Source: an uncultured Syntrophaceae bacterium (lineage in GTDB: Bacteria; Desulfobacterota; Syntrophia; Syntrophales; PHBD01). Taken from it: 64,000 nucleotides of DNA. A program made the position numbers and the translations under genes. The stretch spans positions 2,631 to 66,630 of the forward strand of contig CAYNEJ010000002.1 of the NCBI GenBank assembly GCA_964396205.1, given 5' to 3'. Positions 57,253 to 64,000 of the stretch are shown piece by piece. Below the pieces are notes generated by a model that was not told where the DNA came from, ran no database searches, and was given only the letters and a program-made list of their open reading frames with translations. Numbering within the stretch: the stretch's first letter is position 1; every line of letters begins with the position of its first letter.

Positions 57253-58776
57253 ATGACAGGGTGGGCAAGAAAAGGCTTCGACAACGAGCAGTACATCCGC
57301 GAGCAGACGGAGGAAATCCTCGGACGCGTCAAGAGGTTCGACAACAAGCTTTACCTGGAGTTCGGCGGCAAGCTGCTGTACGACTACCACGCCGCCCGGG
57401 TCCTGCCGGGGTACGACCCCAACGTCAAGATGCGCCTCATCCGCGAGCTGAAGCACAGCGCCGACATCCTGCTGTGCATCTATGCCGGTGATATCGAGCG
57501 GAAGAAGATCCGGGCCGATTTCGGCATTACCTACGACTCGGACGCCCTGAAGCTGATCGACGACTTGCGGGGCTGGGACATCGACGTTCTGGGTGTGGTC
57601 ATCACCCGCTACGACAATCAGCCGGCGGCGGAACTCTTCAAGAACAAGCTGGAACGGCGCGGTGTCCGGGTCTTCACCCACAAATTCACGAAGGGGTACC
57701 CGACGGACGTCGATTCCATCGTGAGCGACGAGGGGTACGGGGCCAATGAATACATCCCGGCGGAGAAGCCCCTGGTGATCGTCACGGGTCCCGGGCCGGG
57801 GAGCGGCAAGCTCGCCACCTGCCTTTCCCAGCTTTACCACGAGTACCGCCGGGGAGTGAAAGCCGGGTACGCGAAGTTCGAGACCTTCCCCATCTGGAGC
57901 ATTCCCCTGAAACACCCGGTCAACGTGGCCTACGAGGCGGCCACGGCCGACATCCGGGACTTCAACCTCATCGACCCCTTCCACCTGGACGCCTACGGCA
58001 AGAGCTCCGTCAACTACAACCGCGACGTCGAGGTCTTTCCCGTCCTGAAGCGGATCCTGGAGAAGATCACCGGGATGGAATCGTTCTACCGGTCTCCCAC
58101 GGACATGGGCGTGAACCGGGCCGGATTTGCCATCATCGACGACGAGGTGACCCGGGAGGCGTCTCTGCAGGAGATCATCCGGCGATACTTCCGCTACCGC
58201 TGCGAATATGTCATGGGCTTCACCGACCGGGGGACCGTGCAGCGGGTGGAGCTGTTCATGAAGGATTTCCACCTGGAGGCGAAGAACCGCCGGGTGGTCG
58301 AGCCGGCCTGGGATGCCGCCCGGGAGGCCCGGGACCAGGAAAAGGGGAACGATGGGATCTACTGCGGGGCGGCGATCGAGCTGATGGACGGGACGATTGT
58401 GACGGGGAACAACTCGCCCCTGATGCACGCCGCCTCCAGCCTGATCCTTCACGCGGTCAAGCGCCTGGCGGATATTCCTGCCAGGATCAAGCTGCTGCCC
58501 GCCTATATCACCGACGCGGTGTGCAATCTGAAAACGGAGGCTCTGGGGGAGAAATCCGTCAGCATGGACCTGGAGGAGACGCTGGTGGCCCTGGGAATCA
58601 GCGCCGCCACCAACCCGGCGGCCCAGCTTGCCGTGGAGAAGCTGCAGGAGCTCAAGGGCTGCGAGGTCCACATGACCCACATGCCCACGCCGGGCGACGA
58701 GGCGGGTCTGCGGCGCCTCGGCGTCAACCTGACAAGCGAGCCCAACTTCGCCACGAAAAACCTCTTCCTCTCCTGA
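57253..58776 (+). CDS. DUF1846 (UPF0371) family protein
   Basis: ATG after GGAGGAGGAAGGG. GFDNEQYIREQTEEILGRV...KLYLEFGGKLLYDYHAARVLPGYDPN. Confidence 0.85.
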   Translation: MTGWARKGFDNEQYIREQTEEILGRVKRFDNKLYLEFGGKLLYDYHAARVLPGYDPNVKMRLIRELKHSADILLCIYAGDIERKKIRADFGITYDSDALKLIDDLRGWDIDVLGVVITRYDNQPAAELFKNKLERRGVRVFTHKFTKGYPTDVDSIVSDEGYGANEYIPAEKPLVIVTGPGPGSGKLATCLSQLYHEYRRGVKAGYAKFETFPIWSIPLKHPVNVAYEAATADIRDFNLIDPFHLDAYGKSSVNYNRDVEVFPVLKRILEKITGMESFYRSPTDMGVNRAGFAIIDDEVTREASLQEIIRRYFRYRCEYVMGFTDRGTVQRVELFMKDFHLEAKNRRVVEPAWDAAREARDQEKGNDGIYCGAAIELMDGTIVTGNNSPLMHAASSLILHAVKRLADIPARIKLLPAYITDAVCNLKTEALGEKSVSMDLEETLVALGISAATNPAAQLAVEKLQELKGCEVHMTHMPTPGDEAGLRRLGVNLTSEPNFATKNLFLS

Positions 58777-58821
58777 AGGAGCAGGCCGGGTTTCCTTTGG
58801 CAGTGCACAAATACTTCCGTT

Positions 58822-59991
58822 CTATTTTTCGTCGGTGATGATCCGGATGCGGACGGCGATGGTTCCGCTGTCCGCATCGGCGGTCGATCCGGGCTGCAGC
58901 AGGTCGCCCAGGGTACGGAGGCGTTCGATCAGACCGGTCAGGGCGATCTCCGGGAGATCCGCCGTGATCAGGGTTCCGCCCTGCTGTGCCCGGCGGTGGA
59001 TGTTTCCCGCCCCGGAGGCCCGCAGTTGCCGTTCGACGCCTGCCGCGGCCGTGGAGGTGTCTGTCGCCCGCAGCACGATGTCTGCAATGGGCGCCGGGGC
59101 GGCTGATTTCCTCTGCGGCGCGCCGGCGGCAGGCCTCTCCCCTTTGGCCGCCAGGGCGGAGGCTCCCGGGCGATCCTTCCGTTTGAATCCGTTGGCCGCT
59201 TTCTGCCGGACTGTCGCCGCTTCACGCGGCCCCCCCCCGCCGGCTTCACGGAGGACTTCCGCCGCCGGGCCCTGCACCTGGCTCTTGCCGCCGGGCGCGC
59301 TCTGTCCACTCGCATCTGCATCCAGCTTCCGAACTGCTGCCGGAGGGGATCGATCGAGCCCGGCATGTCCCGGCTCGGCACCGTGTCCCGGCGGGGGCGC
59401 GAAGCCGAGCCCTTTTTCCTCCACCGCCTGCGGGCGCGACCGGAACGGTTCCGCCTGAGGCCGGCCTGTCGCCGGCTCCGCCGTGGACGGGGCCGTGCCC
59501 CTCATTGGACGCTCCGCTTTTGCCCCCTCCCGCCTGCTCTCCTGGACCGGGGCGGGTTCCGCGATGCCCGGGGCCGCGCCGGGAGCGGCCGCCTTCTGCT
59601 CGACCCGGGCGGGAGGCAGCGGCAGATCCAGGGCCTGACGCTCCGGCTCGCCGGTGCGGTAAACCTGGAAGGCCAGGACGGCGATGAGGACCATGGCAAA
59701 GGCCTGAATGGGAACCTTGATGTGGAGGGGGAAGAACAGGGTCTTGAGGATCCCCTTCTTCTTCGGTGCCGCGTCCTCGCGGACCCGGGTCATGATCTTT
59801 TGCTTCAACCAGGGCGGAGGCTCGACTTCCCCGAGTCCCCGGACGAGGCCGACGGTCTTCCGCAGGTCCGCCAGGACGCGAGCGCACGACGGGCACGATG
59901 CGAGGTGCTCCTCGACCTTTCGCCGCTCCTCCGCCGGGAGGGCGTCGTCCAGATATGCCGAAAGGCGTTCTTCGATTTCCCTGCACGTCAT
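58822..59991 (-). CDS. zf-HC2 anti-sigma factor, single-pass
   Basis: MTCREIEERLSAYLDDAL...HLASCPSCA and a TM helix. Its start overlaps the sigma-factor stop. Confidence 0.85.
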   Translation of the reverse strand: MTCREIEERLSAYLDDALPAEERRKVEEHLASCPSCARVLADLRKTVGLVRGLGEVEPPPWLKQKIMTRVREDAAPKKKGILKTLFFPLHIKVPIQAFAMVLIAVLAFQVYRTGEPERQALDLPLPPARVEQKAAAPGAAPGIAEPAPVQESRREGAKAERPMRGTAPSTAEPATGRPQAEPFRSRPQAVEEKGLGFAPPPGHGAEPGHAGLDRSPPAAVRKLDADASGQSAPGGKSQVQGPAAEVLREAGGGGPREAATVRQKAANGFKRKDRPGASALAAKGERPAAGAPQRKSAAPAPIADIVLRATDTSTAAAGVERQLRASGAGNIHRRAQQGGTLITADLPEIALTGLIERLRTLGDLLQPGSTADADSGTIAVRIRIITDEK

Positions 59992-60614
59992 CGTTCTTCA
60001 CCCAACAGCCGGGAGAGGCATTCTTTCATGGCGCTTCGCGCCCGGAAGAGGCGCGAGCGGACCGTGCCGCCGGGAAGCTTGAGCAGGCCACCGATCTCCT
60101 CGTAGGAAAAGCCCTGGATGTCCCGCAGAACCAGGACCTCCCGGTATTCTGCCTCCAGCGTGCCGATGCATTCCTGGACCTTTTCCTCCCGCTCTTTCCG
60201 CTCCAGCCGCTCGCTCGGGATTTCCAGAGGCGAGACAGCCCGGCAGGGGAGGCATTCTCCGTCCTCTCCGCGAGGTGCGTCCTCCGCGGGCGCCTCGTGC
60301 CGGGACCGGGCCTGCACCTGCTTCAGGCGGTTCCTCGTCACGTTCAGGACGATCTCGTGCAGCCAGGTGGAAAACCGCGCCTCCCGCCGGAATTTCGGCA
60401 GCCCCCGCCACGCCGACAGGAACGACTCCTGGACGACGTCGCAGGCCTCGTCATAGTCGCCGAGCATCCGGTACGCCAGGTTCAGCATCCGCTTCTGGTG
60501 CCGCTCCACGAGCGCCTCGAAGGCGTCCGTGCGGCCGCCCCGGCAGCGGGCAACGGCCTCGGCGTCCGGATCGTCGACCGGTCGGTTTGTAGGGACATCC
60601 GCAGAATCAGCCAT
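59988..60614 (-). CDS. ECF (sigma-70 family group 4) RNA polymerase sigma factor
   Basis: Region 2 DVVQESFLSAWR and region 4 LVLRDIQGFSYEEIGGLLKLPGGTVRSRLFRAR. Confidence 0.9.
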   Translation of the reverse strand: MADSADVPTNRPVDDPDAEAVARCRGGRTDAFEALVERHQKRMLNLAYRMLGDYDEACDVVQESFLSAWRGLPKFRREARFSTWLHEIVLNVTRNRLKQVQARSRHEAPAEDAPRGEDGECLPCRAVSPLEIPSERLERKEREEKVQECIGTLEAEYREVLVLRDIQGFSYEEIGGLLKLPGGTVRSRLFRARSAMKECLSRLLGEER

Positions 60615-60703
60615 TTGGGTCGGAAATCATCGCTCCTTTGAAAATGCGATCCCATGGCAGCGGATGAACCGTTTCTTGTCAAGCCTTTTCAGGCCGCTAC
60701 CCG

Positions 60704-60732
60704 TGAGACAATCGGCAGCTTCAAAAAGTTCC
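60704..60732 (-). promoter_or_regulatory. ECF-type promoter candidate upstream of sigma/anti-sigma operon
   Basis: On the minus strand, GGAACTT, 17 nt, TCTCA, about 90 nt upstream of the sigma start. Confidence 0.4.
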
Positions 60733-60753
60733 ACCCGGACAACAGATCCGATC

Positions 60754-62058
60754 TTAAAGCAGGAGATACCATGCCGCCGACAGGGCTGCCGCCGTCGCCA
60801 GCATGACGGTCGCTGGCCCCAGGAGGTAGCGATAGGCACCGTAGATGGGCGTATGGAAGTACTCCGCCGTGACAACAAAGCAGGCATGCATCGGGGAGAG
60901 CATCATGCCCATGTAGCCGAACGTGTAAGCGAAGCTCGTGGTCGCCGCCGCCTCCGCCAGGGAGGGATCGGGCCCCAGGAGGGCGAAGACGATGGGGAAG
61001 CTGGCCCCGACGAATCCGAAGGCCACCCCCGTGACCGCCCCGGAAATGAAGGGGATGACCATGATGATCGTGACAAGGGGGATGCCCGTCCGGACCAGTT
61101 CGTCCCGCATCCCCGTGACGAGTGTTCCCCCCCCGGAGTCCAGCGGGCAGAGGAGTGCCGCCGAGAAGGCCTGGATTCCCAGGACGAGGACGAACATGAG
61201 CCACGTCTGCTTGTTCCCGAAGAGGGAGAGAGCCGGCCGGAAGGCGGATCCATGACCGGCGAAGGACACCGCCAGGGCCAGGAGCAGCCCTGCCAGCATG
61301 GCCACGAGGTTTGCCAGCGTTCCCTTGACTCCGGCAAGCGGCAGGAGGGCCGATCCCAGGATGGAAACCAGCACCAGGACCCCGATGGGAAGAATGGCCG
61401 AGAACACGGCGTGCGCATCCCAGGTACCGTTTTCTCGTTCCTGTTCCCTCCCTTTTCCGATGCCGCGGAGGATGAAAAGATAGCCCCCCAGGATCGCCGC
61501 GGCGGTGAAGGGCACCTGGATGAGAAAATACGTGAGGACCGGCAGGCCCGCGTACTGCATGGCCAGGATGACGCCGGGATACAGGGGCCACCAGTATTCC
61601 CAGATGTGGCGGAACCAGTAGTTGATCGCCACCTTGCGGGGCGGCACCAGCTCCTTCTCCTCGTCCATGGCGGCCACGAAGGGGGCCGAGAAAAGGGCCC
61701 CCGCCGGCATGGGCAGCAGCCCCACCAGCGCCGGCAGTCCCGCGATGATGATGTGCTTTTTCCGGAGCCAGTCCTTGAGGCCGGCGATGGTCCTGTCCAT
61801 TCGCCCCGTCCGCTTGAGGGAGTCGCTGAAGAAAAGGAGGAGCAGGATGATCGGGGGCAGAAGGGAGTTATGGGGCTGGACGAACGTCTCGGCCTGGAAG
61901 AGGAACCCCTTCCATCCCGTTCCCGTCCAGGCCGTGAGCAGGAGTGCAAAGGACAGGATCGCCACGCCGAGTGGCGCCCCGAAACGGTTCAGAAGCAGGA
62001 TCCCCAGGAAGGAGACGAGGATCTTGGCGTAGGCGGGCAGGGCGAAGAGTCCGTCCAT
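60754..62058 (-). CDS. DUF401 family membrane protein (ion-transporter superfamily-like)
   Basis: Internal ATG 62058. Polytopic. MDGLFALPAYAKILVSFLGILLL...LPMPAGALFSAPFV. Confidence 0.8.
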   Translation of the reverse strand: MDGLFALPAYAKILVSFLGILLLNRFGAPLGVAILSFALLLTAWTGTGWKGFLFQAETFVQPHNSLLPPIILLLLFFSDSLKRTGRMDRTIAGLKDWLRKKHIIIAGLPALVGLLPMPAGALFSAPFVAAMDEEKELVPPRKVAINYWFRHIWEYWWPLYPGVILAMQYAGLPVLTYFLIQVPFTAAAILGGYLFILRGIGKGREQERENGTWDAHAVFSAILPIGVLVLVSILGSALLPLAGVKGTLANLVAMLAGLLLALAVSFAGHGSAFRPALSLFGNKQTWLMFVLVLGIQAFSAALLCPLDSGGGTLVTGMRDELVRTGIPLVTIIMVIPFISGAVTGVAFGFVGASFPIVFALLGPDPSLAEAAATTSFAYTFGYMGMMLSPMHACFVVTAEYFHTPIYGAYRYLLGPATVMLATAAALSAAWYLLL

Positions 62059-62066
62059 GGTGCCCG

Positions 62067-62507
62067 TCACGCCTCTTCTTCCAGGAAGGGGAGCGGTGTT
62101 CCCTTGCGGTAGACCAGGGACTGGCAGGTGGCGAGGAGGCGCCCTCCGTCGTCGGTGACCCTGATTTCGTAGACGGCCGTCCGGTTGGTCCGGTTGATCT
62201 CCCGGGCCTCGGCGGTCATCGACGATCCCGGGGCGGGGGTGGCCAGGAAGCTGACGCACATGTTGAGGGCCACGGCCATTGTCCCGTGCGAGTTGGAGGC
62301 CGTTTCGAAGGCCTCGTCCATGAGCGCGAAGATCGCGCCGCCGTGGGCCATGCCGAAGATGTTCTCCATGTCCGGGGTGAACGTCATCCCGACTTTGGAG
62401 TGGCCCTCCGCCAGTTCCAGGAGCTTCAGGTCGAACTTCCGGGCGAAGGGCTCGTTTTCAACCCGCCGGATAATCGCTTCTCTCACCTTTTCATTCATTT
62501 GCCGCAC
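62067..62507 (-). CDS. PaaI-family hotdog thioesterase
   Basis: GMAHGGAIFALMDEAF...ALNMCVSFL pattern. Confidence 0.85.
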   Translation of the reverse strand: MRQMNEKVREAIIRRVENEPFARKFDLKLLELAEGHSKVGMTFTPDMENIFGMAHGGAIFALMDEAFETASNSHGTMAVALNMCVSFLATPAPGSSMTAEAREINRTNRTAVYEIRVTDDGGRLLATCQSLVYRKGTPLPFLEEEA

Positions 62508-62758
62508 CTCGGGCCGGATGGCGCGGATCGTATCATGAAAGAAAAAAGGAGGTCAGATATTTTTGCACTGCAATGAAAAGCCCAAGCATGATGAACGTGC
62601 CGCAATCGCGGGGCAATGCTTTGTAAGCAGCCGATATCAAGAATGAATCATGGGTTGAAAGGGTGTTCGGAACAGCGGGGTTGGAGACAACGCGTTTGCG
62701 GCGATCGGGTTTGTCGCTGATGATCCGGGATCCCGTGCGCATGGTACCTGCCGAGCAC

Positions 62759-63871
62759 TCAAACCGGACGCCTGTTCCCGGCCAGATCGAGGTAGAGCGC
62801 TTCCATCTGGTCGGTCACGCGGTCCCAGGAGTAATGCTTCCGGACATGGGCCCGGGCCGCCGCTTTCTTCTCCTCCACTTTCTCCGGGTGAGCCAGGAGG
62901 TCTGCAAGAACCCGGTACAGGTCCTCCGGGCTTCGGCTGCGGAAGGCATGGCCATGCTCCTCCATGGCCTCCAGGTTCTCCGGGATGTCGCTGCACACGC
63001 AGCAGTTTCCATAATTCATCGCGTCGAGGAGGGCGACGGGAAGCCCCTCAAGCGTCGATGGCAGGCAGAACAGGCAGGCGTTGCTGAACAGCTCCTCCAT
63101 CGGTTCGCCGGTGACAAAGCCGGGGAAGAGAATGCGCGGATCGCTCCCGGCCAGCCTCCGGAGCTCATCCTTGTACTTCTCCATGTGGGCGGCGTCTCCC
63201 GCGATGACGAGCTTCTTGTCCGTCTCCAGCCTGCGATAGGCCTCGATCAGGAAATGAGCGCCCTTTTCCTCCACGAGCCGGGCGGCAAAGAGAATATAGC
63301 GGTTGGGTTCGAGTCCCTGTTCCAGGATCCATTTCGGTTGCCGTTTCTCCACGGGGGCGACGCCGTTGGGGATGTAAACGACTTCACGGCTGAACCGGTC
63401 TTCATAGTACTTTTTCTGCACCATCGAGACCGATGTCACCCTGTCCGGGAAGAACACGGCGGAATAGTCCGAAAGCCTGAAGAAGGCCTTGCCGAAGATC
63501 CCCCACTTGTCGCGCTTCCACTCCAGGCCGTGGACCTGCACGACCGTCGGGATGCCTTTCATCCGGGGGAAGATCGAGAATATCGACGGCCCGACGGCGT
63601 GGATATGGACGATGTCGGCATTCCCGCGGCGCAGGACGTCGCGTGTCGCATGGTAGCAGATGGAAAGCTTGTGCAGTGCCCTGGTGTTGAACGAAGGGAC
63701 CGTCACGATCCTCATGCCCTGATGAAAGCCGTCAACCGTTCCGTAATCCCGGCTGGAATAGACGGTTACCTCGTGTCCCTTCTTCACCAGCCGCTTGCCG
63801 ATCTCTTCCGTCACCTTTTCGATGCCGCCGCCGACGGGCATCCCCTTGACGGCAACGTAGGCGATGTTCAT
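62759..63871 (-). CDS. GT4-family glycosyltransferase
   Basis: MNIAYVAVKGMPVGGGIEKV...; C-terminal E-x7-E-like region LPSTLEGLPVALLDAM. Confidence 0.9.
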   Translation of the reverse strand: MNIAYVAVKGMPVGGGIEKVTEEIGKRLVKKGHEVTVYSSRDYGTVDGFHQGMRIVTVPSFNTRALHKLSICYHATRDVLRRGNADIVHIHAVGPSIFSIFPRMKGIPTVVQVHGLEWKRDKWGIFGKAFFRLSDYSAVFFPDRVTSVSMVQKKYYEDRFSREVVYIPNGVAPVEKRQPKWILEQGLEPNRYILFAARLVEEKGAHFLIEAYRRLETDKKLVIAGDAAHMEKYKDELRRLAGSDPRILFPGFVTGEPMEELFSNACLFCLPSTLEGLPVALLDAMNYGNCCVCSDIPENLEAMEEHGHAFRSRSPEDLYRVLADLLAHPEKVEEKKAAARAHVRKHYSWDRVTDQMEALYLDLAGNRRPV

Positions 63872-64000
63872 TGGGTCCCTTGCCCCTTCCTCACATTCTC
63901 ATATATTTCCATGAGGTTCCGGTAATGCGATTCTGCGCCGTACTCCCGTTTCGCCTTCTCTCGCGCCGCCCTGCCCATGGTTTCGATCTCCGCTGCATCC
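63868..64000 (-). CDS. C-terminal end of another (probably glycosyltransferase) gene, partial at right edge
   Basis: The reverse frame reads ...DAAEIETMGRAAREKAKREYGAESHYRNLMEIYENVRKGQGTQ*, with its TGA overlapping the GT4 ATG. Confidence 0.5.
   Translation of the reverse strand, partial: DAAEIETMGRAAREKAKREYGAESHYRNLMEIYENVRKGQGTQ

Overview
High-GC bacterial chromosomal segment. Gene content suggests a Desulfobacterota/deltaproteobacterium-like anaerobe, but that is inference. I call about 65 protein-coding genes. I found no rRNA, complete tRNA, CRISPR array, transposase or integrase. Many long ORFs in the track are antisense artefacts of the high GC (Arg/Pro/Gly-rich, and overlapping genes that have clear family signatures); I ignored these.

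Content by region:
- 0-13 kb: fatty-acyl/CoA metabolism and housekeeping genes, including a crotonase, two MBL hydrolases, a TetR+SRPBCC pair, a GH15-like protein, HDOD, an AAA ATPase+methyltransferase pair and a FadH-like flavoprotein.
- 13.3-21.4 kb: a visibly lower-GC same-strand gene string. It is built around a canonical mglB-mglA pair and is expanded with a PATAN/DUF4388-Roadblock fusion, a further Roadblock paralog, two paralogous 66-aa proteins, an acidic repeat protein, a split Zn-ribbon/DUF3426 pair and an orphan GAF-GspE/PilB-type ATPase. A J-domain protein with two MshEN-like repeat pairs and a CRP-type regulator follow it.
- 24-41 kb: mixed housekeeping, membrane and signalling genes.
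- 41-51.5 kb: a signalling island with three periplasmic binding proteins, two histidine kinases, HDOD and a GGDDF protein.
- 51.5-64 kb: YjbQ, LemA, MFS, a translationally coupled CGGC/rhodanese/DUF89/Fe-S cluster, DUF1846, an ECF sigma/anti-sigma pair, DUF401, a thioesterase and glycosyltransferases.

The best candidate for an undescribed system is the expanded MglA-Roadblock-PATAN-GspE string. A perfect CRP-type palindrome sits in its promoter region, and a second identical-type palindrome lies at the 3' end of the local CRP-like regulator gene. All functional calls are from motif and family recognition by eye. No database search was run.
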